DNA of 64,000 bases from positions 1 to 64,000 of IMG/VR virus record IMGVR_UViG_3300028920_000041; one strand, given 5' to 3'. The position numbers and the translations under genes are program-made. The notes beneath the pieces are model-generated. The model made no database searches. It was given only the letters and a program-made list of their open reading frames with translations, and was not told where the DNA came from. Shown here one piece after another: positions 1-9,120 of this stretch; positions within the stretch are counted from its first letter, which is position 1, and each line of letters starts with the position of its first letter. This DNA comes from a virus.

Positions 1-22
1 GGGTATTAGTTTTAGATATTAC

Positions 23-51
23 TTGACATCAAACTGGAAGTGGTCTATAAG
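23..51 (+). promoter_or_regulatory. sigma70-type promoter
   Basis: TTGACA (23-28), 17-bp spacer, TATAAG (46-51), upstream of an AAGGGG RBS and ATG at 64. Confidence 0.7.
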
Positions 52-63
52 AAGGGGTTTCGA

Positions 64-366
64 ATGAGAGCTTTACGGATACGGATGGTAGGCAAGCAGG
101 ACGTTAATAAGGATGATTACTATTTTACGACTACTCATGTTCCTGCTTTAATCGATCTGAATCGTGCTGTGATACATTTTTATCCAGACGAAGAGGCAAA
201 TGGCCCTGGTTTTGGTGGCGAGTTAGTGGTCCGACACTACGACCCACACATGAAGGCCTCGGCTGTGCAGAAGTCTTATAGAAGGAGACGTAGAAAGACT
301 TCGTCAGACGATGCGACAGAGCCTGAAGATCAGAATTCGGAGGTTTTAGAGGAAGAAGACGAGTAG
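64..366 (+). CDS. hypothetical protein with basic patch and acidic C-terminus
   Basis: ORF 40..366; ATG 64 preferred because GTG 40 lies inside the promoter; RBS AAGGGG. Confidence 0.65.
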   Translation: MRALRIRMVGKQDVNKDDYYFTTTHVPALIDLNRAVIHFYPDEEANGPGFGGELVVRHYDPHMKASAVQKSYRRRRRKTSSDDATEPEDQNSEVLEEEDE

Positions 367-414
367 GATCTATCACCATCTAATCTTTTACTACATTCTA
401 CAGACGGGTCTAAT

Positions 415-1128
415 ATGTCTTCTGATTTCATGTACAGACTCTCTACGTTGGAACCGGTTGTGTGGTCTTATGCAAGGCATTACGAGATAAAAGGAATCCT
501 CCCAGCAGACGATTTGTATCAAGAGGGTCTTATAGAGCTTGACAAAACTTCCTCCCTGGAGTTTTATAAGAACCTTTCCCGCGAGCAGTTCGCTACTTAC
601 TTCAGAGTAAGACTCTCCAGCAGATATAGACGGTTGATCCGCTTTCACACTCAGCAGAAGCGGGACTGGAGAAGTACTGTCTATTTTGATGAGTTCTTAG
701 AAGAAAAAAGCTTTAGCAGGGTGGAGGAATCAGATCCATTCACTGTTGATGCATCGTCTTTGCCTTACTTCTGTGGCAGCAATACTGATTCTCCCTATAC
801 AGAGCTAGAGCTAAGGGGTAAGGCAAAGGAGGCTGAAGAGTTCATAGAAGCTGTTAAAGCAGGGTTAGATTTGGACTCAAGAAAGGCTTTCGAGCATATC
901 ATTTCTGGTGACTTCCCCGAAGAGATTAAAGCAGAGTATCAACGTGTTCCCGGACATGTGTCTATCACAGTGTTAAGCAAGATACTTGGATGGGATCGCG
1001 GGAAGACCTGTTATGCGCTCAAAAGAATCAAGAAGTGTGCTTCTGCTGTCATAAAGAAGCAGTTTCGTACAGGCTCACTTCTTTGGACTAAAGACAACGT
1101 TAAAGACGTAATCAAACGACAAAAGTGA
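415..1128 (+). CDS. phage RNA polymerase sigma-70-like factor
   Basis: Region-2-like ADDLYQEGLIEL and FATYFRVRLSSRYRRLIR; C-terminal HTH-like SITVLSKILGWDRGKTCYALKRIK. Confidence 0.7.
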   Translation: MSSDFMYRLSTLEPVVWSYARHYEIKGILPADDLYQEGLIELDKTSSLEFYKNLSREQFATYFRVRLSSRYRRLIRFHTQQKRDWRSTVYFDEFLEEKSFSRVEESDPFTVDASSLPYFCGSNTDSPYTELELRGKAKEAEEFIEAVKAGLDLDSRKAFEHIISGDFPEEIKAEYQRVPGHVSITVLSKILGWDRGKTCYALKRIKKCASAVIKKQFRTGSLLWTKDNVKDVIKRQK

Positions 1129-1134
1129 GGACGT

Positions 1135-1509
1135 ATGATCTATCATCCAACAGAGATACAGGTTTTTCATGATTTGGTACTTGTCAGAAGGATTGATACG
1201 GTACAGACTCCAGGTGGTTTGATTCTGCCATACCATCCGGACAAAAAAGAATCAAACATTGTTAAGGTGGTCCAGGTGGGCTGTGGCGTCGTGAATAAGC
1301 CTGAGACAGTGCCGCAGTGCTGCCCCGGTGAGTATTGGCTAGTTGCTCGATACATTGGGACGATTATAACGCTAAATGGTCTTGATCATGTATTGGTCAA
1401 GTGGAACGACATGCAGGCGCGAGTATCCTTTTCTGAGGAAGCCAGGAAGCTTTTGGATGATGCGTTAGATTCCAAGGAAGGTCTTGCTAATGAGCGAAAG
1501 GCTTCTTGA
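1135..1509 (+). CDS. groES: GroES/Cpn10 co-chaperonin
   Basis: VFHDLVLVRRIDTVQTPGGLILP (mobile loop), VKVVQVGCG, YIGTIITLNGLDHVLVKWNDMQA match the Cpn10 pattern. Confidence 0.85.
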   Translation: MIYHPTEIQVFHDLVLVRRIDTVQTPGGLILPYHPDKKESNIVKVVQVGCGVVNKPETVPQCCPGEYWLVARYIGTIITLNGLDHVLVKWNDMQARVSFSEEARKLLDDALDSKEGLANERKAS

Positions 1510-4438
1510 TGTTGCTTGTACAAAGTGTCCACTTCATCTAAGCGCGTTTACTGTTAAGGTAGCTAGTAGAGGATCTGAGAAGCCTCGAATACTCTTTGTT
1601 GGTGAAGCACCTGGTAGGGTCGAGGACAAGGCTGGCCAAGCCTTTGTTGGCAAGTCTGGTAAGAAGCTCAAGGAGTTATTTGGCCGGACGGGTATCGATG
1701 AGGACTGGTGTCGCTTCACCAACGTCGTTAGGTGCCTCCCACCGGGTCAAGGTGGGGCCAGTGTCAGGCCACCTTATCCCGAAGAGGTAGAAGCCTGCAG
1801 AGACTATTTAGAAGCAGAGATAGTCTCATGTGATCCTATATTCATTGTTCCACTTGGCCTTAGTGCTATAAAGTTTTTCTGTCCTAATCTAAAGACAGTC
1901 AAAGGAGCACGTGGTAAACGCCATGTTGTAGAGTTTCCATCGATAACATGGAGCTATAAGAAGTACAGGAAGTGGCTTCAGATCAAAGGCCTCGACGATG
2001 AGGTAAAGCAGGTATCCTCTGAAGGCCAGATGAAGGCTCAGCTAAAAAAAGCTATCAAGTCTGGGTTTCCAAATATACCGACAAAGACCTATACTGTTTG
2101 GCCGACGTTTCACCCCGCTGCAGTTCTTCGGGGGAATGCTGAAGCCGAACAACACATGGTTGAAGACTTCAGCTATATCAGGCATCAGATCACAGGGGAG
2201 TCTTCCATTCCCTGGCAGAAGTATAGGATTCTAAAGACTCTTGATGAGATCAAAGAAGTCTATGAGAACATAAAACAGCTTTACTTAACCGGGCAAATAA
2301 AGCACATTGTTTCAGATGTTGAAACGACAACTCTTGAAACGCATTTATGTCCGTTCTATGAGCTACTGTGTTTCTGTATTACATGGGGCGAAGAGCAGTC
2401 GGTTACGATTCCTTTCAACCATAAAGACAGCCCGTTTTTTAATGATAAGCTCTTACTTGATGCAGTTCGCTCTCTCACGAATGAACTTTTCGAGCTAGTT
2501 CCTGTTGCGAACCATAACCTCAAGTTTGATGTTCAGGCGTTTTGGAAGGCAGGCATCCATGTTAAGAAGGTATCTGATGATCCGATGCTTGCTGCCTGGA
2601 CACTTTTCAACGATACAGCAGAGCATGGATTAGAAGCTCTGACAACGCGTTATACGGATATGTTGTCCCACAAGGAAGAGTTTAGCTTGGCCTATAATAC
2701 TCTTCCCAATTACATGCCGTTGGAGGAAAAATATCATCGGGCAGATGGTGAGATCCCAAAGTTTTGTATCGAAGACGATAGTGGTAACCTTTATCGTCCT
2801 AAACACTATGGGGATGTGGATTTTGATATCCTCTGCAGGTACTGCGCAGCGGATGGTGATGGTACGTTTCGTCTCCAGGTTGTGTTAGAAAAGATCTTGC
2901 GGGAAAAGGGTTTGTGGGAGTCTCATCAAGCGCTTGCCATAAGAGCAACGCTGCCCGTTGCACAGATGGAATGGGATGGTATCCGACTTGATGTGGATAT
3001 GTTCCGGAAGTCTCAAAAAGAGTTTGAAAGGTCTTTGTCTCAAATAACACAGTGGTTCGAGGATCGTGGTTATTTAGAAGAGGCTTTGGAGGTTGTTAAT
3101 ACTCGGCTCAAGAAACCGGCTAAGTCAGCAAAGCTCACAAGTACGAATGTCAAACGAGCTATCGTTTACGACATACTTGGGTTTCCTGTTAAGAAGAAAA
3201 CGAAGAACAAAGATCCATTAAAAAGACTTCCTTCCACAGACAAAGAGGCTATAGAAGAGTGCCTAGAGCAGTGTTTGAAGCATAAAGGTACAGCTAAAGA
3301 CAAGCAAGGTTTCTACTCGCACCGAATAGAGGCTCTGACCAAGATCTTAACGTTCAACAAGGACAATAAAACTCTTACCAGTTACCTGAAGCGACTTCCA
3401 GAGCAAGTTGACGAAAACAAAATAGGTCACACGCATCTGGGAATACGAACAACAGACACTGGCAGATTTAACTGTAAGTCACCTTCATGGCATATTATCC
3501 CCTGGCACTCCATTATCAAAAAAGCTATCGTGCCCCTTCATGAAAATGGTTTGATCATGGTTTCGGACTTTGCACAGCAAGAGCTAAGAGTCCTGGCTAT
3601 GGTGACACAGGATGAAAAGCTCTTAGCTGCGTTTTCTAGTGATCGGGACCTGCACCGATACGTTGCGTCTTTGTGCTACAAAAAGCCTGAAGAGGACATT
3701 ACCGATGCAGAGAGACGAGACACAAAGTCTGTCTCTTTTGGTATTATATTTGGTCGTGGTGCGCCTGCTATTGCTGCACAGTTAAATATCTCCATAGACG
3801 AAGCGCAAGGCTTGATTGATCTGTGGATGACAACTTTCCCCAAAGTCAAGGAGTGGATTGATAGGCAGCACGAATTAGCACACAAGAACATGGAGGTTTG
3901 GACATGTTCAGGGTTCCATCGCATCTTTCCAGAGGGTATGTATGATGTTGGTGAAATAGAAAGAAGAGCACAAAATACACCGATTCAGGGTCCTGCTTCT
4001 GATATCTGTGATTATGCGATGATTCGCGCACAGGAAATTCTGTCAAAGGTAACCCAGCTACAATCAAAGCTCTGGGTTACGATTCATGACAGTCTTTGTT
4101 TTTCAATCTATCCATCGGAACTTTTGCCTATTGCAAACCTGGCAAGGAAGACAATGGTTGACTTAACACAAAGAGAGTTGCCGTGGGTGAAAATACCGCT
4201 AAAGAATGATTATGAAGTTGGGGTGACATGGGGTGAGCTTTTGAAAATGGAGCTACTCCAGGAGTTTGGAAAAGTTGAGCTAGATGGTCCTACAGAATAC
4301 TATGATCGCTTTGTCGAGTGTGTAATGAATTGGCAAAAGACACCAGAGCTATTATATGAAGAAACAAGGACAAAAGAAGGAGACGATGGATCTGTTGTAG
4401 AGTACACAAAATCTACTTGGAACTTAGCTGTTAACTAA
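1490..4438 (+). CDS. family A DNA polymerase with N-terminal family-4 uracil-DNA glycosylase domain and 3'-5' exonuclease
   Basis: UDG4 motifs CTKC, FVGEAPG, NVVRC, EAC, TFHPAAVLR; exonuclease SDVETT, NHNLKFD, YCAADGD; PolA motifs TDTGRF, DFAQQELRVLA, RRDTKSVSFGIIFG, NTPIQGPASD, TIHDSL; ATG 1490 after AAGGAAGG. Confidence 0.95.
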   Translation: MSERLLDVACTKCPLHLSAFTVKVASRGSEKPRILFVGEAPGRVEDKAGQAFVGKSGKKLKELFGRTGIDEDWCRFTNVVRCLPPGQGGASVRPPYPEEVEACRDYLEAEIVSCDPIFIVPLGLSAIKFFCPNLKTVKGARGKRHVVEFPSITWSYKKYRKWLQIKGLDDEVKQVSSEGQMKAQLKKAIKSGFPNIPTKTYTVWPTFHPAAVLRGNAEAEQHMVEDFSYIRHQITGESSIPWQKYRILKTLDEIKEVYENIKQLYLTGQIKHIVSDVETTTLETHLCPFYELLCFCITWGEEQSVTIPFNHKDSPFFNDKLLLDAVRSLTNELFELVPVANHNLKFDVQAFWKAGIHVKKVSDDPMLAAWTLFNDTAEHGLEALTTRYTDMLSHKEEFSLAYNTLPNYMPLEEKYHRADGEIPKFCIEDDSGNLYRPKHYGDVDFDILCRYCAADGDGTFRLQVVLEKILREKGLWESHQALAIRATLPVAQMEWDGIRLDVDMFRKSQKEFERSLSQITQWFEDRGYLEEALEVVNTRLKKPAKSAKLTSTNVKRAIVYDILGFPVKKKTKNKDPLKRLPSTDKEAIEECLEQCLKHKGTAKDKQGFYSHRIEALTKILTFNKDNKTLTSYLKRLPEQVDENKIGHTHLGIRTTDTGRFNCKSPSWHIIPWHSIIKKAIVPLHENGLIMVSDFAQQELRVLAMVTQDEKLLAAFSSDRDLHRYVASLCYKKPEEDITDAERRDTKSVSFGIIFGRGAPAIAAQLNISIDEAQGLIDLWMTTFPKVKEWIDRQHELAHKNMEVWTCSGFHRIFPEGMYDVGEIERRAQNTPIQGPASDICDYAMIRAQEILSKVTQLQSKLWVTIHDSLCFSIYPSELLPIANLARKTMVDLTQRELPWVKIPLKNDYEVGVTWGELLKMELLQEFGKVELDGPTEYYDRFVECVMNWQKTPELLYEETRTKEGDDGSVVEYTKSTWNLAVN

Positions 4439-4481
4439 TAATAATACCTCTACGACCACCGTTTTGTGCAAATACTTCATT

Positions 4482-4525
4482 CCAGTAAGGAGGGCACTGG
4501 CCTATATACCAAAGGAGGGTATATG
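4482..4525 (+). promoter_or_regulatory. two tandem hairpins with AGGAG in their loops; the second sequesters the start codon
   Basis: CCAGT-AAGGAGGGC-ACTGG (4482-4500) and ATATACC-AAAGGAG-GGTATAT (4504-4524); ATG at 4523. Confidence 0.55.
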
Positions 4526-5017
4526 TCCATTTCTGATAGTGGGTATCTTGCTATTGTCAAGCTTGCAGTTCGTAATGAACAGCTTGATTCAGAGGACAGG
4601 GTTGTGCTTAAAGAGGTTGTCAACGGACTTGACATAACGAGTCCACAAGCTTTTCTGGACATGAATCAGAGATGGACGATCCAACAAAGATTAGAAGCAA
4701 GTATGATCTACTTGCTTACGAAGTATGAATCGAGAGCGGCTAAACAGGAGCGTTTCACGGAGGAAGTCGAGGCAGCAGAGTTTCTAAGCCTGCCAGAAAA
4801 GAAGTCTGATGGGAAGAGGTACACAGTAGAAGATAAAAAGAGCTTACTGAAGTTGGAGGATACCGTAAGGACATGTAACAAAACTCTGCTAGATACACAA
4901 GAACTAAGTAATTTGATGAACAAGTTAGCCAAGTCTGTATTTGGTCGAAACCAGAAATTAGATCACATGGGCGTGAATTATCGTCGAGAGCTTTCATGTG
5001 ATGAGAATTCCCACTAA
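4523..5017 (+). CDS. helical protein, candidate UvsY-like recombination mediator
   Basis: Strong RBS AAAGGAGG; helical/coiled-coil character; sits between polymerase and SSB-RecA. Function inferred from context only. Confidence 0.45.
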   Translation: MSISDSGYLAIVKLAVRNEQLDSEDRVVLKEVVNGLDITSPQAFLDMNQRWTIQQRLEASMIYLLTKYESRAAKQERFTEEVEAAEFLSLPEKKSDGKRYTVEDKKSLLKLEDTVRTCNKTLLDTQELSNLMNKLAKSVFGRNQKLDHMGVNYRRELSCDENSH

Positions 5018-5043
5018 GGGAATCTTTGTACTAAGGAGCCACC

Positions 5044-6048
5044 GTGCAAATTACTGTCCATAAGCCTAATCTCGAAGTCATCTCGCAAGAAGCAAAGCGT
5101 ATCAGGCTCGAAGGTGGAGGTAGCGGAGAGATCAAGCGATTCGATTTCAAGGAAGGCAAAAACACCATACGGCTTCTACCTCCCTGGAGTGTTAAGGGTC
5201 TTTTGTTTAAGAAGTTCATGACGCACTTTAGTATCAAGCCTGAAAACAGCATCTTTAACTGCCTTTCGACGTGGCCGGACAAGTATGATTCATGCTTTGT
5301 CTGTGAGTCCCTAGATAAGGTACAAGCGCTCTTTCCAGACCTTGACTTGTGGCGACAAAGAGCAACTGTTAATTACCATTCTAACGTGATAGACAGAGCC
5401 GATGAAGACAAAGGTGTCCAGATAGCCAGGATCACACCTGGAGTCTATAACTGGATTATGCTACAAATGGATAATCCTGAAGTAGGGGATTTGTCTGACT
5501 ACGAAAGCGCGTTTGATATTGTCGTAACAAAAACTGTTGAGAAAAAGGGCAATCAAAAACGGACAACTTATAAGTGTGATAGAGCTGTTAACAGGACAGC
5601 TTTGCATGAAGATGAGGACATAGTAGCATCATGGTTAACATCTATCTATGACCTGGACCGGATCGTAGCTCCTCCAAAGGACGAGATCTTATCGGAGATG
5701 AAGGGTGCATCCAGCCGGATGCTGACGTACTATCAGCGCAAGCACAGGGATGGGGCAGACCTCGGGGAGGATAGTCCGGACTCAGATCCAGCCCCAGCGC
5801 CTTCTGAGCCTTCTGAGGTTGCGTCCAAATCCAATGGCAGCCCATCGGGGCAGTCGGTGGAAAAGAGCGCTCCTGCTGATAGCCTCGAAGAGCTAGACCC
5901 GTCCCAGTATCCCCCCTGCCATGCGAGCCTTGATGCGCCCAAGAAGAACGAAAGCGGCACCATCGGGTTTGATCCGTCTGGCGAAGACTGCATTACCTGT
6001 GCATTTGAGTTTGCGTGCATGGACGCTAAAGCTGCTAAGGGTCTTTAA
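5044..6048 (+). CDS. single-stranded DNA-binding protein, T4 gp32-like
   Basis: FDFKEGKNTIRLLPP, THF...CL...DSCFVCE metal-binding pattern, acidic low-complexity C-terminal region; adjacent to RecA; RBS AAGGAG. Confidence 0.8.
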   Translation: MQITVHKPNLEVISQEAKRIRLEGGGSGEIKRFDFKEGKNTIRLLPPWSVKGLLFKKFMTHFSIKPENSIFNCLSTWPDKYDSCFVCESLDKVQALFPDLDLWRQRATVNYHSNVIDRADEDKGVQIARITPGVYNWIMLQMDNPEVGDLSDYESAFDIVVTKTVEKKGNQKRTTYKCDRAVNRTALHEDEDIVASWLTSIYDLDRIVAPPKDEILSEMKGASSRMLTYYQRKHRDGADLGEDSPDSDPAPAPSEPSEVASKSNGSPSGQSVEKSAPADSLEELDPSQYPPCHASLDAPKKNESGTIGFDPSGEDCITCAFEFACMDAKAAKGL

Positions 6049-7094
6049 TGCCAAACTCTGATGTTTCCCACCTTCAGACCGTAACAAAAGACCTAAACAA
6101 AGAGTTCAAGTCAATCGTAGCTGTTACAGGCGACGATCTGTGTATCTCTGATGTAACGACAATTGTACCTACCAGAAGCTTTGGCCTTAATAAGGTCTTA
6201 GGTGGTGGTGCGCCTTGTGGTCGTGTTGTTGAGATTTTTGGTGATCCGTCTCATGGTAAAAGTACTATCATTGAAGAAATGATGATAGGCTTTCAGCGGT
6301 ACCCTGGTATCAGCGTGTTAATCGATGCTGATACAGGTTGGTCTCGTAAGCGTGCAGAGATCATGGGGCACAACAGCTCAAGGCATATCCATTTGCAAGC
6401 TGATACAGTCGAGTATGGTTTCAAAGTCATTACATCAACCATAGAGCGGCTAAGAATGCCGGGCCGGTTCCCTAAAGAGGTACCTATCGGCATTTTTTGG
6501 GATACAATCTCTGCGTCTCAAACAGAAGGTGAAAAGGAAGGTGACAAATACAAAGAGGGAATGATGGACAAGCCAAAGAAGATCAGAGAAGCGCTTCGAA
6601 AGCTTGCACCAGAACTCCCTAGAAAGAACGTTTGTCTTGTTTTTGCTTGTCATACCCACGCAGAGGTTAAAGCGAAAAAGGGCCAGCAAGGAAAGAAATC
6701 ATCTACAGGTGGTGAAGCCATACCGTTCTGGGCTTGCAAACGTATCAAGGTGTGGATAGCGGGCAGATTGCAGCATCCATACAAAGGCGCGGGTATTTTG
6801 ACAGCGGTGGAAGCCGTTAAAGACAAGCTAAACGCACCGTGGAGACGAGTTGAAATCCCGATTATCCACGAAACAGGGATCAATCCGGGTTATGAGCTAG
6901 TGTACTACCTGGTAGATAACTCTTCATGGGTCAATATGCATGGAGCCTATCTTTCTATTCCAGATTATCCGGAGCCTGGTAAGAATCTTGGCTTCTTTCC
7001 AAAAGAGTTACATGCCAAGCTAGAGAGATTTCCAGATCTGTTTGACTACCTTTGGTCTTGTGCAGAGCAGACATGGAAAGAGCAACATGGATAA
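6048..7094 (+). CDS. recA: RecA/UvsX-like recombinase
   Basis: LGGGAPCGRVVEIFGDPSHGKST (Walker A), VLIDAD, IFWDTISA (Walker B), STGGEAIPFW, VKDKLNAPWR. Confidence 0.92.
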   Translation: MPNSDVSHLQTVTKDLNKEFKSIVAVTGDDLCISDVTTIVPTRSFGLNKVLGGGAPCGRVVEIFGDPSHGKSTIIEEMMIGFQRYPGISVLIDADTGWSRKRAEIMGHNSSRHIHLQADTVEYGFKVITSTIERLRMPGRFPKEVPIGIFWDTISASQTEGEKEGDKYKEGMMDKPKKIREALRKLAPELPRKNVCLVFACHTHAEVKAKKGQQGKKSSTGGEAIPFWACKRIKVWIAGRLQHPYKGAGILTAVEAVKDKLNAPWRRVEIPIIHETGINPGYELVYYLVDNSSWVNMHGAYLSIPDYPEPGKNLGFFPKELHAKLERFPDLFDYLWSCAEQTWKEQHG

Positions 7095-7782
7095 CTATAA
7101 GCCGAAAGTTTACCTGGAGGTAGAAGGGGGTGAATTAGACTCTGTTTTGGAATGGGTCATGCTCTCAAATTGTCCTTATGATGTACAAGAGGTTGTCTAT
7201 CCTGATGACATGATCAAGTCTGTTTATTCTACGGTTGAAGAACAGGCAAAAGAGATAGAAGACCTTATCTCTAAGACATCAAGGCTAGAGTGCGCTCTTG
7301 AAAAAGAAATCAAACGCGCTAACGATGCCGAGAGCGAGGTTGAAGAGCTTTTGGCACCTAGCAGTCGGAGGCCTCCACCTCATTTCAGGTTACCTGATGA
7401 GCGGCCAAGTGTAACCCATTCGTTTCATATCGGATCTTCTGACTTGGGCAAAGGCTATATCACAGCTAGCTACTATCCTGGTACCAAAGATGTTGGTGAA
7501 GTTTTTATCAAGATGAATTCAATGGCGACTAAAGTGGATAGTCTTGACAACGCTAAGCAGCAGATTAGCGACTTGACGTGGTTTCTGAAGGGTATTTTAG
7601 ATCAATTGGCTATTTCTGTGTCAATAGGTCTGCAACGCGGCATACCACTTAGCGTTTATATCAACAGGTTTTCTCACACAAAGTTTACTCCAGATGGAAT
7701 GACCCATAACAAAGAGATACCTCGGTGTTCATCGATTGTTGACTACTTGTTTCGTTGGCTAGGACGCAAGTTTGGCTCGTAA
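7087..7782 (+). CDS. stand-alone TSCPD domain protein (class II ribonucleotide reductase C-terminal/NrdJb-like) with extra N-terminal coiled region
   Basis: RLPDERPSVTHSFHIG, GYITASYY, GEVFIKM, AISVSIGLQRGIPL, KFTPDGMTHNKEIPRCSSIVDYLFRWLG; ATG 7087 overlaps the recA stop. Confidence 0.75.
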   Translation: MDNYKPKVYLEVEGGELDSVLEWVMLSNCPYDVQEVVYPDDMIKSVYSTVEEQAKEIEDLISKTSRLECALEKEIKRANDAESEVEELLAPSSRRPPPHFRLPDERPSVTHSFHIGSSDLGKGYITASYYPGTKDVGEVFIKMNSMATKVDSLDNAKQQISDLTWFLKGILDQLAISVSIGLQRGIPLSVYINRFSHTKFTPDGMTHNKEIPRCSSIVDYLFRWLGRKFGS

Positions 7783-7837
7783 GTTTAGTCAAGGTGTCTG
7801 ATGCTGTTATGGCTCATGCTACTGTTAGGAGAGTTGA

Positions 7838-8146
7838 ATGGAGATCCCAATAGTGCAGTTGGAAGAAAAACAGTCTAAGAGTCAAAAAACTCCGGTAAGT
7901 CTAGAGCGAGCTGTAATAGGATCTATCTTTGGATTGGGTAATCTCCTTATAGAAGGTGTTTCTTTAACACACAAAGCCGTATCGCGAATTGTAGTAGTAC
8001 CCTTGGTACTTATGGAGCTATTTGCAACATTAGGACTTTCTTGTGCACAAGAACTCGTTTTATGGATCGTGGTCCATATGGTGCGATTGTCTCATGCAGC
8101 CAAGCAAAGAGGGTTGCCCGGAGCCGAGGATTCACTGTCCGCTTAG
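7838..8146 (+). CDS. hypothetical protein with hydrophobic segments
   Basis: RBS AGGAG; hydrophobic stretch IVVVPLVLMELFATLGL. Confidence 0.55.
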   Translation: MEIPIVQLEEKQSKSQKTPVSLERAVIGSIFGLGNLLIEGVSLTHKAVSRIVVVPLVLMELFATLGLSCAQELVLWIVVHMVRLSHAAKQRGLPGAEDSLSA

Positions 8147-8154
8147 GTACTCAT

Positions 8155-9120
8155 ATGTCAGTAGCTATTGTTGACGGAAATTACCTGTTACATAGATGCA
8201 TGCGTGTTGGGTCTGTAGCGGACTTGACAACCAAGACAGGGAAGCCTACAGGCGGGTTTTTTGCTTCTCTTAGATTCATACATGGGGCCATATCAGACAG
8301 CAATGCTAGCTCTGTCTATGTAGTGTTTGATTCTGGTATTTCGAAGAGACGAAGAGCACTACTACCACAGTACAAAGGCTCTCGTTATAGGGACGAGTCA
8401 GATCCTCTATACGAGCCACCAGACGAAGAGCACGCGCTTTACCTAAAGAAGTTTCGGCTTCAAAGAGCAATGCTGCAGTACATACTACCAAGACTTGCAG
8501 TGAGAACAGTAAGACTAAAGGAACCACATGGCTGGGAGGCAGATGATCTCATTTACTCGCTAACCAAGCTAGTCCCGTCCAAGAATGTCATTGTGGTTTC
8601 TGATGACAAAGACATGTTGCAACTTGTGTCACACACAGAAGATAGGTGTGTACAGGTTTCAAGACCTATTGCTAAGCAGTTTGTGACACAAGAGAACTTC
8701 GAGGACTGGTTTGAGTATCCACACGATCAAGAGCTTTTAAGAAAAGCCATACTAGGTGATTCAAGTGATAACATTCCTAAAGTGCCTGGTTGTGGTAAGA
8801 AGGGTGTTGATGCCATCTTTGATGAAGGTGCTCCGGTCGATTCTTATCCATTTGGAGATTTTATATGTTGGTGCATGGATCACAGACTCAAGAAGGTGCG
8901 CAGTATAGCGGATAACCTTGACGTTGTAATCAGAAACTATGAATTGATGTGTTTTGGTTTTGAAGATATGAGCCTTGCTGAAGCACAGTTAAAAGACATA
9001 ATCTCAGCGCCGGTAGATGTAGACTTGATCGAAGTCAAGAGTTTTTTGTCTAAGCTGGAACTGGCATCTATTGTCAATGAGCTTCATACGTGGGCCGCGG
9101 CTTTTCAGAGATTGAGATGA
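8155..9120 (+). CDS. 5'-3' exonuclease / flap endonuclease (T4 RNase H, PolI N-terminal family)
   Basis: AIVDGNYLLHR, VVFDSG, RRALLPQYKGSR, WEADDLI, VSDDKDMLQL, GDSSDNIPKVPGCGKK. Confidence 0.93.
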   Translation: MSVAIVDGNYLLHRCMRVGSVADLTTKTGKPTGGFFASLRFIHGAISDSNASSVYVVFDSGISKRRRALLPQYKGSRYRDESDPLYEPPDEEHALYLKKFRLQRAMLQYILPRLAVRTVRLKEPHGWEADDLIYSLTKLVPSKNVIVVSDDKDMLQLVSHTEDRCVQVSRPIAKQFVTQENFEDWFEYPHDQELLRKAILGDSSDNIPKVPGCGKKGVDAIFDEGAPVDSYPFGDFICWCMDHRLKKVRSIADNLDVVIRNYELMCFGFEDMSLAEAQLKDIISAPVDVDLIEVKSFLSKLELASIVNELHTWAAAFQRLR

